A stretch of 64,000 nucleotides of DNA from Dehalococcoidia bacterium (GTDB lineage: Bacteria > Chloroflexota > Dehalococcoidia > Lucifugimonadales > Lucifugimonadaceae). The stretch is taken from positions 493,637 to 557,636 of the forward strand of contig OZ253497.1 in NCBI GenBank assembly GCA_965262065.1. Reading direction: 5' to 3'. Below are positions 37,051-45,671 of the stretch, piece by piece (position 1 is the first letter of the stretch; each line of letters opens with the position of its first letter). A program made the translations under genes and the position numbers. The notes under the pieces are model-generated. The model was not told the DNA's origin. It ran no database searches and saw only the letters and a list, made by a program, of their open reading frames with translations.

Positions 37051-37239
37051 TTCGCCGCTCCTCTTGTCTGCGAGGTCATGATGGCCCGGCCACTTAGTCG
37101 GGCCGTGAGTTGCTGGGAACATGTTACGGCCGACCCGCCCGGCGTAGAGCATGGCCGGGGGTAATCGCGCGATACTGTCCGTTTGAATGTGCACGCAGCG
37201 CGGCATGACAGCCGGACGCCGCAAAATCAGGGATAGGCA

Positions 37240-38190
37240 ATGATCTACCGGACCCTTGGCCGAACCGGCCAGAAAGTATCGCTCCTAAGCTACGGCACGG
37301 GCGGGCCGAGCGGGTTTGGCGCGCGCACCGGCGTCGACCGTTCGGGCCGTCGCCGCCTGATCCGCCGGGCGCTGGATATCGGCGTGAATCTCATCGACAC
37401 CGCAGAGGGTTACGGGAACTCCGAGGAATGGCTGGGCGATGCCTTACAGGGCACGACCCGCGATTCGTACCTCATCGCCACCAAGTGGAGTCCTCCGTGC
37501 ACGTTTCGCGTTAACGACGAAAAAAAGTTCACAGGGCTGGCCGATTCGTTCGAACGCAGTCTCAAGCGGTTGCGCACCGGCTATATCGACATCATGCAGT
37601 TCCACGGGGTGACCATGGCTACGTACAGCGCCGTCGTGGACCGCTATTACCCGATTCTGAAGGCGCTGCAGGAACAGGGAAAGCTCCGGTTTATCGGCGC
37701 GACGTTCCAGTTGAAGGCCGAGCCGCGGCACGAGACCGCAGTCCTCGCCCTGCGCAACGATCCCGGGCTCTGGGACACGATCATGCTCAAGTACGGCTTC
37801 CTGAACCAATGGGCGGCCAAAGAGGTGTTCCCGCTGGCCATCGAACACGGAGTGGGCATACTCAACATGGCGGCCGTGCGGCTGTCGCTGTCCCGTCCGC
37901 AACGCTCACGCGAGGTCGTCGCACGGTGGAAGGAAGAGGGCTTGATCGCGCCCGACGATTTGCCGGACGATGGACCTTTCGACTGGCTATTGGGCGAGGA
38001 CGTGGACTCGGTCATCTCCGCCGGCTACAAGTTCGGCGCGGACCACGCGGCTGTTTCGACAGTGATCACGGGCACATCGAGCATCGAGCATCTCGAGGCC
38101 AACGCAAGATCGCTCGAAAAACCCGCGCTGCCGAGCCATAACCACGAGCGTCTTGTCCGGCTGTTCGAGGATTCCGCCGAGCCGGATTGA
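37240..38190 (+). CDS. aldo/keto reductase
   Basis: 'MIYRTLGRTGQKVSLLSYGTG', 'IDTAEGYGNSEEWLG', 'IDIMQFH'. Confidence 0.88.
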   Translation: MIYRTLGRTGQKVSLLSYGTGGPSGFGARTGVDRSGRRRLIRRALDIGVNLIDTAEGYGNSEEWLGDALQGTTRDSYLIATKWSPPCTFRVNDEKKFTGLADSFERSLKRLRTGYIDIMQFHGVTMATYSAVVDRYYPILKALQEQGKLRFIGATFQLKAEPRHETAVLALRNDPGLWDTIMLKYGFLNQWAAKEVFPLAIEHGVGILNMAAVRLSLSRPQRSREVVARWKEEGLIAPDDLPDDGPFDWLLGEDVDSVISAGYKFGADHAAVSTVITGTSSIEHLEANARSLEKPALPSHNHERLVRLFEDSAEPD

Positions 38191-38800
38191 TCCGCGTGTC
38201 GCCCATGTTTCGCCGACAACCGGGTATTAGGGCAATCCTGCCTATAGAAGAACCCGACGGCGGGTTTGAAGAGCCTGTTTCAAAAGTCTCCTCTCAAGAA
38301 TTAGGCCGCACATGGCGAGACGATTTACGACATCAACCCTCCCATCACTACGTAATACGGCCCCAAATCCCGTCATTCCCGTGAAAACGGGAATCTAGAG
38401 GTGGGGGGTCTCCGTAGGATTCGAGTTAGTGAAACACCCTCTTGAAACCCGCCGCTACGACTCGAAAAGACGAGGCCACCGATACGAAATTGCGCTTGTC
38501 GTTGCTCACTATGCTAGGTGGGGCATTGGAGCCGTGAAACTGACATTGGACCTGGGCAATCGCCCTGTGCCTGACTGATCATAGTGCACAGGCATTCGGT
38601 TATCGTGACCCATGAGGAAGCGGGCGAGCTTAGACTTCCGCTGCGAACATTAGGAAGATGACGGCTTAGGCTTGTTTTCGAAAGAGTGTAAAACTGATAA
38701 TAAGATTCTGAGCAATTCTCACTTGCGCTAATAAGTAACGGTATGGCATCTGCGTCTGAGCCAAAACGCCGGCCTCATGGCCGTCATTAGGTTGAGCATC
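38191..38800. mobile_element. ~610-bp AT-rich non-coding insert between the AKR gene and its displaced 3' fragment
   Basis: There are no ORFs of 60 aa or more. A hand count of 38641-38740 gave about 39 % G+C. It contains an inverted-repeat element and a GTCAYYC-type hairpin. Confidence 0.4.
38258..38454. repeat. inverted-repeat element with central perfect hairpin
   Basis: The arms cggcgggtttgaagagcctgtttca (38258-38282) and tgaaacaccctcttgaaacccgccg (38430-38454) are complementary at 21/25 positions. An internal hairpin attcccgt-gaaa-acgggaat lies at 38375-38394. Confidence 0.6.
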
Positions 38801-38887
38801 TGGACTCGGTCATCTCCGCCGTTTCAAGTTCGGCGCGGACCACCCGGCGATTGCCACGGTGATCAAAACAGACGAGACGATCAACTA
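38801..38887 (+). pseudogene. frameshifted fragment duplicating part of the AKR gene 3' region
   Basis: 38801-38866 aligns to 38003-38069 (tggactcggtcatctccgcc.. and ttcggcgcggaccac identical) with a 1-nt deletion. It reads ..KFGADHPAIATVIKTDETIN* versus ..KFGADHAAVSTVITGTSS.. in the intact gene. Confidence 0.65.
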
Positions 38888-38910
38888 GGTATGGCGAGTG
38901 TCGTCCACCG

Positions 38911-39777
38911 CTAGGCTATGTGGCTCATGGCCTGGTCTACGATGTCCATGCCGGCACGCTCCGACCAGGCCGCCAGGATCTGTTTCGTAATCGGCCCGGG
39001 CGGGTCGTTCCGCAGCGGGCTGTCGTTGATCTTGCCGACCGGCAGCGCGCAGTAGCTCGTGGTCGTCAGAAACGCATCGTACGGCGTGAGGGGCTCTTCG
39101 GCGGTCGGAATATCGAGGTCGTCGGCCAGTTCGAGCACGGTCATGCGACTGACACCCGCAAGCACGTTGCGCGCCGGGGCGGTGCGGACCACTCCATTGG
39201 TGACCACGAAGAAGTTGCCGCCAGTGTTCTCGGAGAGGTTCCCGTCGACATCGAGGAGCACGGCGTAGGCCTCCGGGTCGACCAGCTTCGCCTCGATTTC
39301 GGCCATCACCAGGTTCATGCGGCTAATCGTCTTGAGCCTGGCGTCGAGGGCCTGTACAGGGTCTCTGCGAGTGGTCGGAATTACAACGTGCGCGCCCTCG
39401 TCGTAGAATCTGGCGTACGAAGTGAAAGGTATCGGCCTCATCCTGATCACAACCGTCGCCTGTTCCGGCTCCAGCACCGAATAGACCGCGCCGCGCTAGA
39501 TCATCTGCGTTACGGAATAGTCGCCGTTCGGCGCCCGCATCCGGTCGTTGCGGCGGGCCAGCTCTTCCGTGACTTCCTGCATCTCGTCGATCGACATGCC
39601 GGGATCGATGCGGACCATGTGAAGGGTCCTGTACAGCCGCTCCAGGTGTTCCCTCAGGCGGAATACCTTGCCACCGAACGTGCGCTCCGTGTCCATGCCT
39701 GCAACGCGATAGCAACGGAAAACTGCGGTACTCGTGGGTAGTTGACCTGAATTCGGCCGAAACCGGATAGGCAACAA
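38911..39777 (-). pseudogene. class IV (fold type IV) aminotransferase pseudogene, paralogue of 42069..42980
   Basis: Track ORFs 38911..39477 and 39496..39777 are colinear with the intact copy but are split by an in-frame TAG ('TQMI*' versus 'TQMISRGSG'). The fragment lacks the first ~38 codons and the 'YNADE' block ('PYDAFLTTT' versus 'PYDAYNADEAFLTTT'). Confidence 0.85.
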
Positions 39778-39792
39778 GTAGGGGGTTAGGTG

Positions 39793-41400
39793 CTAACTCG
39801 GCGTGTATGTGTCCGGGGGAGTTAGATCATGAAATATGGAATACTGCGAAATAAGGACGTCTTCTCCGCTGACGGTGCCCCACACCAAGAGTGTGTAGAC
39901 CCCCTTGCCGTGCTCGCCCAGCACGTCCCATAAGTCGGCAGCGATAGAGAATTCTGTGCCCCTGGCCGTCCACTCCAGCGCGGTGTTCCACGGGACCTCG
40001 ATTGTCCGCGGCTCCAGCCCCAGGTGCTCAGATTGAACCCACTCCCAAAGCAGGCGGGCCTCGTCGTATGAGGAAGGGTGTTCAGCGTCCGCGGGAACGT
40101 CGTAGGGATTGAGGGATGGGGTGTACGTATAGGTAAATTGGTGGTCTTTGTAAAATTGATTCGCCGTGCGGATCGGCGGTCTCAGCGCAACCACCAAAAG
40201 CCCATTGTCGTAGGAGTAGGCTCTCGCGACCTGTCCCGCGGTAAGCCTGTGCGGCGGCGGATCGAAAGTGAGCAGCACACCGAGGTCGAGTTCGTCGACA
40301 AAAACCGCGCCGTTCTTCGTCGACCCAGACATACTAAGAACACCTCTGTTAATGACCGGTAGTTGAGCGTATTCAACGTAGTCGCCCTCGAAGTGCTGGA
40401 CAACTTGGAGGGAGTAGTCGTCCCATGCAAGTCCGATGTTGACCCGCTTGCGCCACGGATCCAGGATGTTGTCCCGGTGGCCCGGGCTTCCCATCAACCT
40501 CTCCATCGCCAGACTTATTTCCGGCTCGACGCTACCAATTACACGAAATCCTTCCGAAGCTTTGACGCAATAGGGAAGGCCGCTTAGGTTCTCCCCATTG
40601 GACTGAAAGCCCCCGGCAAGGCTGTATCTCATGTAGGGTTTCAGGCCGTCCATGCCCCAATGAGACCCGAAGCAATTCTCCACCTCCGCCTCAGCGTGCA
40701 GTTGAGCGGCTACGTTGTCGCCGAGAACAACGGGGTCCAGACCAACTTTCACACGCTCGTCATTGATGAGTTCGAGCATGTATAGCTTTTCCTCGATGTG
40801 ACGTAGTGGGGGTGGGGGAGCGGGCGAAGGCGTTGATACCACCGATGGCAACAGGGGGGCGAGCGTTGGAGGAGGCGTCGATACAGGAGCAAGCGTGGGC
40901 AAAGGGGCCAGTGTCGGCGGAGGCGTCGGCACAGGAGCAAGCGTGGGCAGAGGCGCCAGTGTCGGAGGAGGCGTCGGCAAAGGAACAAGCGTGGGCAGAG
41001 GCACAAGTGTCGGCGGCGGCGTCGATACAGCAGTCGGCACGGGCAGGGGGGCGAGAGTTGGGGGAGGCGTCGGCACAGCAGTCGGCGCGGGCAGGGGCGC
41101 CAGTGTCGGACGAGGGGTTGGCAGGGCAGCCAGCGTGGGCAGGGGCGCCAGTGTCGGAGGAGGCGTCGGCAGGGCAGCCAGCGTGGGCAGGGGCGCCAGT
41201 GTCGGAGGAGGCGTCGGCAGAGCAGCCAGCGTGGGCAAGGGCGCCAGCGTCGGCGGCTCAGCTTCCCGCGATGACTCTTCTACACGCAACAGGTCAGATA
41301 TGCGTCGAGGTAGCACGTCCTCAACATAGGCATAGTAAGCCACGCTCACCAGGACACCGACGACAAAGCCGAGTACCAACCTCTTTGTGGCCCGACTCAT
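39793..41400 (-). CDS. membrane-anchored secreted protein: Pro-rich repeat stalk + CAP/SCP (PR-1-like) domain + unassigned C-terminal domain
   Basis: N-terminal TM 'LVLGFVVGVLVSVAYYAYV', about 9 x 16-aa 'PPTLAPLPTLAALPTP' repeats, then 'LELINDERVKVGLDPVVLGDNVAAQLHAEA..CFGSHWG..GENLSG', typical of CAP/YkwD-like domains. Confidence 0.75.
   Translation of the reverse strand: MSRATKRLVLGFVVGVLVSVAYYAYVEDVLPRRISDLLRVEESSREAEPPTLAPLPTLAALPTPPPTLAPLPTLAALPTPPPTLAPLPTLAALPTPRPTLAPLPAPTAVPTPPPTLAPLPVPTAVSTPPPTLVPLPTLVPLPTPPPTLAPLPTLAPVPTPPPTLAPLPTLAPVSTPPPTLAPLLPSVVSTPSPAPPPPLRHIEEKLYMLELINDERVKVGLDPVVLGDNVAAQLHAEAEVENCFGSHWGMDGLKPYMRYSLAGGFQSNGENLSGLPYCVKASEGFRVIGSVEPEISLAMERLMGSPGHRDNILDPWRKRVNIGLAWDDYSLQVVQHFEGDYVEYAQLPVINRGVLSMSGSTKNGAVFVDELDLGVLLTFDPPPHRLTAGQVARAYSYDNGLLVVALRPPIRTANQFYKDHQFTYTYTPSLNPYDVPADAEHPSSYDEARLLWEWVQSEHLGLEPRTIEVPWNTALEWTARGTEFSIAADLWDVLGEHGKGVYTLLVWGTVSGEDVLISQYSIFHDLTPPDTYTPS
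40825..41256 (-). repeat. 48-nt periodic coding tandem repeat (16-aa PPTLAPLPTLAALPTP x ~9)
   Basis: Residues 49-192 of the CAP-domain protein. The first three units are identical at protein level and later units diverge progressively. Confidence 0.9.
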
Positions 41401-41606
41401 TCAATCCACCTCACCTCGTCCATTATATCGCGGGCTTCCAAGTAAACGCAGAATCCCTAGAAATCCACGGGCTGCGGTCAAGGCCCGCCCCCACTGACAA
41501 GTTGGAGATAGTCAGTGGGACGGCGGACGGGCAGTCTACACGCCCCCGGAATTAAACACTTTAGGTAGGAGTCTCACAATTCGTAGAACCGGGCAGCGCG
41601 GGGATT

Positions 41607-41951
41607 CTACCAGACCTTCCACCAGGACCGCGGCGACTGCGGCGGAAATGAGCCCTGCCGAAACGCGTCGATCAATGCTCCCTCGCGGTCTTGAGCCAGT
41701 CGCAATTGTTCTCGCAGCACGTCGGTCAGCCCTTCGAGTGCGCGGATGCGCTCGCGGGCCGCGGCGATCTCCCCGTCAGCCACCGGCGCGGCGAGTCCGG
41801 GGTTGTCCAGGATTTCGAGCTTCCCGCGTCCGCCATTTGTCGAACTGCCCGTCCGCAACTCACCGGTTCGGATGCGCCGGTCAACAGTCCTAAGTGAGAC
41901 ACCAAGCCACCGCGCAGCGTCGACCTTGGTCAAGGAAATCGTACTCGCCAT
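41607..41951 (-). CDS. excisionase/MerR-like helix-turn-helix DNA-binding protein with coiled-coil tail
   Basis: 'LTKVDAARWLGVSLRTVDRRIRTGEL' is typical of excisionase-family HTH domains; 114 aa. Confidence 0.6.
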   Translation of the reverse strand: MASTISLTKVDAARWLGVSLRTVDRRIRTGELRTGSSTNGGRGKLEILDNPGLAAPVADGEIAAARERIRALEGLTDVLREQLRLAQDREGALIDAFRQGSFPPQSPRSWWKVW

Positions 41952-42068
41952 GTGCCCCCTTGCGCCTAACGAGATAGCCGGGAATGTTTGTAGTCCAAAA
42001 CCGGCCTGATCAGATGGAAGTCGAGAGAGGCGAGGCGATAAACGCGAAATGACGTTTATCGTAGATCG

Positions 42069-42980
42069 CTAACTCACGTGGCTCATCGCCTGGTCTACGA
42101 TGTCCATGCCGGCACGCTCCGACCAAGCCGCCAAAATCTGCTTCGTTACCGGTCCGGGTGTGTCGGCCCGCAACGGGTTGCCATTGATCTTGCACACCGG
42201 CAACGCGCAGTAGCTCGTGGTCGTCAGAAACGCCTCGTCGGCGTTGTAGGCGTCATACGGTGTGAGGGTCTCCTCCGCCGTCGGAATATCGAGGTCCCGC
42301 GCCAGTTCCAGCACGGTTTGGCGGCTGATTCCGGCCAGAACGTTTCGCGCCGGGGCCGTCCGAATCACGCCGTCGGTCACCACGAAAAAGTTACCGCCGG
42401 TGTTCTCGGACAGGTTTCCATCGACATCCAGAAGCACAGCGTAGGCGGCCGGGTCGATCTGCTTCGCCTCGATCTCGGCCATCACCAGATTCATACGGCT
42501 TATCGTCTTCAGCCTGGCGTCAAGGGCCTGCGGAGGGTCTCTGCGCGTAGTTGGGAAGACGACGTGCGCGCCCGTGTCGTACAACTTGGCGTACGAAGCG
42601 AAAACGATCGGCGTCATCTTGACCACCACGGTCGCCCGCTCCGGCTCCAGCAAAGATGTCCCCGACCCGCGCGAGATCATCTGCGTTACCCAATAGTCGT
42701 CGTTCGGTTGGCGCATCCGGTCGTTGCGGCGCGCCAACTCCTCGGTGATCGACTGCAGTTCCTCTATCGATATGCCCGGATCGATGCGCACCATGTGAAG
42801 GGCCTTGTACAGCCGCTCCAGGTGTTCCCTCAACCGGAACACCTTGCCCGCGAATGTCCGCTCTGTGTCGAAAACCGCATCGCCGACCGAAAGGGCGCGG
42901 TCCAACACCGATATCTTCGCCTGAGAGGTCGGCACGAACTCGCCGTTCACGTATTGGATCAACTCTTGCATTGGAATCAC
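42069..42980 (-). CDS. class IV aminotransferase (branched-chain/D-amino-acid aminotransferase family), intact copy
   Basis: 303 aa. Motifs: 'ERTFAGKVFRLREHLERL', 'LKTISRMNLVMAE', 'ADEAFLTTT'. Confidence 0.85.
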   Translation of the reverse strand: MIPMQELIQYVNGEFVPTSQAKISVLDRALSVGDAVFDTERTFAGKVFRLREHLERLYKALHMVRIDPGISIEELQSITEELARRNDRMRQPNDDYWVTQMISRGSGTSLLEPERATVVVKMTPIVFASYAKLYDTGAHVVFPTTRRDPPQALDARLKTISRMNLVMAEIEAKQIDPAAYAVLLDVDGNLSENTGGNFFVVTDGVIRTAPARNVLAGISRQTVLELARDLDIPTAEETLTPYDAYNADEAFLTTTSYCALPVCKINGNPLRADTPGPVTKQILAAWSERAGMDIVDQAMSHVS

Positions 42981-43051
42981 CCCGCTGTACTAGTGCGTAC
43001 GGATTAAGCGGATTTTAGGCCATTCGGCAGCCCGGGGCGCAAGGCCGGCAA

Positions 43052-44239
43052 CTATTCCGTCGCATTCTTTAGCGCCCCCGCCAAATCGCCACGCGGCTCT
43101 ACTGCCGTGTGCCGCAGACCGAGCCACTCCGCCATCGACGCCAGTTCCCGCGCCAGCGCCGCCGATACGTCGCCGGCGTCGCGGCCTTCCTCAAGGTACG
43201 CGGCCTGAACCAGCAAGACGCCTGCGGAACGGTCTGCCTTCAGATCGACCCGCGCGACTAGTTCGCCGGCGTGAAGAAACGGGTAGACATAGTAGCCGTA
43301 CCGTCTCTTGGGCTTCGGAACATATATTTCGATGCGATACAAGAAGTCGAAGAGTCGTTCCGTCCGATCCCGAAACCAGACCAGGGAGTCGAACGGGCTT
43401 ACGATCGCCGTCGCGCCGGACCGACGCGGCAGCCGGGCGTCCTTGTGCATGTAAGCGGGCTGAGGCCAACCTTCAACGCTTGCCTCGTTCAGCACTCCCT
43501 CTTCGACCAGCTCCTGCACTCGGGGCCGCGCTTCAGGAACCTTGATCCGGTAGTAGTCCGCCAGGTCGGCGAGCGTCCCAATCCCGAGGGCCTCGGCGCC
43601 GAGCTTGAGCATCTCGCGTTGCGCGTCTGGACGAGACAGCGGAGACATTTTTAGAAACTTGGGCGGAATCACCCTTTCGGCCAGATCGTAGACGCGGGTG
43701 AAGTTCCCGCGCCTAGTCGCGGCCAGCGAGCCGTTGTGAAACAACCACTCCAGCGCTATCTTGCCCTTGCTCAGGCCCCACCACGGGCCGTTTCGTTCTC
43801 CCGCCTCGTGCAGGTCGGAAACTGTCAAAGGGCCGCGGGCGGCAACCTGTTCCCGCACCGACTCGATATAGCCTCGCTGCTCCTCTATGAGGCCCTCCAA
43901 CCGTGGCCATGGGCGCGCCGATTCCATGCGATGCCGAAGCAGCGAATAGTGGTCCATCGGCATGAGCGATGCCATGTGGCCCCAGCCCTCGAAGAGCCTC
44001 GATTTGCGGTAGGCGAAGTCGTCCAGCTGCTCACGGGGATAGGGTCCGAGCCGCGAAAACGCCGGCATGTAGTGCGTACGCACAGCCACGTTCACCGAGT
44101 CGAGTTGCAGCAGCTTTACGTGCCGGAACAGCCGGTCGTAGTGCCGGACGTCGACCCGCCCAGACGGCCGCTTCCCTGTGAATCCCTGGGCAGCGAGGGC
44201 GATGCGGCGGGCTTCGGCTCGGCTAAGCGTGACTTTCAT
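43052..44239 (-). CDS. winged-helix DNA-binding protein, YcaQ/AlkZ-like (DUF1006) putative crosslink-repair glycosylase
   Basis: 'LSRAEARRIALAAQGF', 'LLQLDSVNVAVRTHYMPAFSRLGPY'. ATG at 44237-44239 lies within track ORF 43052..44293. Confidence 0.65.
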   Translation of the reverse strand: MKVTLSRAEARRIALAAQGFTGKRPSGRVDVRHYDRLFRHVKLLQLDSVNVAVRTHYMPAFSRLGPYPREQLDDFAYRKSRLFEGWGHMASLMPMDHYSLLRHRMESARPWPRLEGLIEEQRGYIESVREQVAARGPLTVSDLHEAGERNGPWWGLSKGKIALEWLFHNGSLAATRRGNFTRVYDLAERVIPPKFLKMSPLSRPDAQREMLKLGAEALGIGTLADLADYYRIKVPEARPRVQELVEEGVLNEASVEGWPQPAYMHKDARLPRRSGATAIVSPFDSLVWFRDRTERLFDFLYRIEIYVPKPKRRYGYYVYPFLHAGELVARVDLKADRSAGVLLVQAAYLEEGRDAGDVSAALARELASMAEWLGLRHTAVEPRGDLAGALKNATE

Positions 44240-44318
44240 AGTCGGACGATTGATGAAGTACGACTCGGCTGACCGGACTGCTAAGGCGGGCAACTACGCA
44301 ACTTCATGCTCAAGGGGA

Positions 44319-45611
44319 TCACGGTCTTACAATGCTGCCATCGGCTCGCCGGACCTCGTTCCACGCTCCCCCGAACCCCCATTCGCTATGCGGAAACTTC
44401 GCAGCAAGTTCCTCGTCGATGTCGATGCCCAGGCCGGGCTTGCCGTTTGACCACATGTGGCCGTCCCTGACTTCGGGGCATCCCGGGAAGACCTCTTTCG
44501 TGCGTTCGCCGAAGATGGCGTATTCCTGCACACCGAAGTTCCAGCTATTCAGGTCCATCATCAGGTTTGCGGCGTGGCCGACTGGAGACGTGTCCCCCGG
44601 CCCGTGCCACGCCGTTCGCACCCCGAACATCTCCCCCATCGCAGCCAACTTGCGGCATGGCGTGATCCCGCCCATCTGCGAAACGTGGATCCGTATGAAG
44701 TCGATCAGCCGGTCCTTGACCATGGGAACCACCTCGTGCGGGTTGTTCCAAAGTTCGCCCATCGCCAGAGGTGTGGCGCACAGGCGACGGACCATCCGGA
44801 AGTAGTCCTGGTCCTCCGGCGAAAACAGGTCTTCGAGGAAAAACAGGCGGTACTGCTCGACCTCTTTGGCGAACCAAACGCCGTCGATCGCCGGGATGCG
44901 CTCGTGGACATCGTGCAGCATCTCGAAGTCCCAGCCGCACTGTGAACGAACGAGTTCGAACAGCCGCAGGGCGCTATTCATGTATGGCTTCGGCTCGAAT
45001 ATGCCGGGTGGGTGCGCGTACCGCTTGTCGGGCGAAAGTTCTTTGTTCCAGGTGGTTACCTGGCGGGGAGCGCCTCCGGCCACACCTGCGGTTTCGGCCT
45101 TTTTCTCCAGGCCCTTTGTGCCGTAAGTCGCGTATCCGGGCGTGTCGACCTGGACGCGGATGTGATGGAATCCCTGGTCCATGAAGGCGCTAACTTTGTC
45201 TGCCACCTCGGCCGGTTCTCGGCCGCTCGCGTGCACATAGACCGCGGCGGCCTCCCTCGCACGGCCTCCCAACAGGTCATACACCGGCATACCGGCCATT
45301 TTGCCCTTGATGTCCCACAGGGCCTGGTCCACCCCGCTCAGCGCGTTGTTGAGGACGCCGCCGTTGCGCCAGTACGAACTGACGTAACTCGATTGCCAGA
45401 TGTCCTCGATGTCCGCCACGTTCCACCCGATCAAAAACGGGCGCAGATAATTCTCCACCGCCACCTTGACCGGCAGCGGTCGCTGCGTGAAGGTGGCGCA
45501 TCCGACCCCGTAGAGGCCCGGCTCGCTTGTCTCCACCTTGACGATGACCAGACGTATGCCGTCCGGCTCGGTCAGGATGACTTTTATGTCTCTGATAGTG
45601 ACGTTGCTCAC
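44319..45611 (-). CDS. enolase-superfamily dehydratase, D-mannonate dehydratase (ManD) subgroup-like, paralogue 4
   Basis: 'IEDIWQSSYVSSYWRNGGVLNNALSGVDQALWDIKGK', 'HDVHERI', 'FLEDLF', 'LAMGELW', 'IRIHVS'. Confidence 0.88.
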   Translation of the reverse strand: MSNVTIRDIKVILTEPDGIRLVIVKVETSEPGLYGVGCATFTQRPLPVKVAVENYLRPFLIGWNVADIEDIWQSSYVSSYWRNGGVLNNALSGVDQALWDIKGKMAGMPVYDLLGGRAREAAAVYVHASGREPAEVADKVSAFMDQGFHHIRVQVDTPGYATYGTKGLEKKAETAGVAGGAPRQVTTWNKELSPDKRYAHPPGIFEPKPYMNSALRLFELVRSQCGWDFEMLHDVHERIPAIDGVWFAKEVEQYRLFFLEDLFSPEDQDYFRMVRRLCATPLAMGELWNNPHEVVPMVKDRLIDFIRIHVSQMGGITPCRKLAAMGEMFGVRTAWHGPGDTSPVGHAANLMMDLNSWNFGVQEYAIFGERTKEVFPGCPEVRDGHMWSNGKPGLGIDIDEELAAKFPHSEWGFGGAWNEVRRADGSIVRP

Positions 45612-45671
45612 GTGAATCTCCTCGTCCGGGCGCGTTCTGCATTCGAACCGGTGTCGTTGCCTCGTAAGGAT

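Noticed and set aside
40806-41555. Gly/Ala/Ser-rich plus-strand ORFs (40806..41555, 40895..41329)
   Set aside because: They are antisense images of the Pro-rich repeat region of the CAP-domain gene.
38920-43007. Plus-strand ORFs 38920..39741 (273 aa) and 42078..43007 (309 aa), which resemble each other
   Set aside because: They mirror each other only because they are antisense to the two aminotransferase copies. Their translations are Arg/His/Gly-rich with no motifs.
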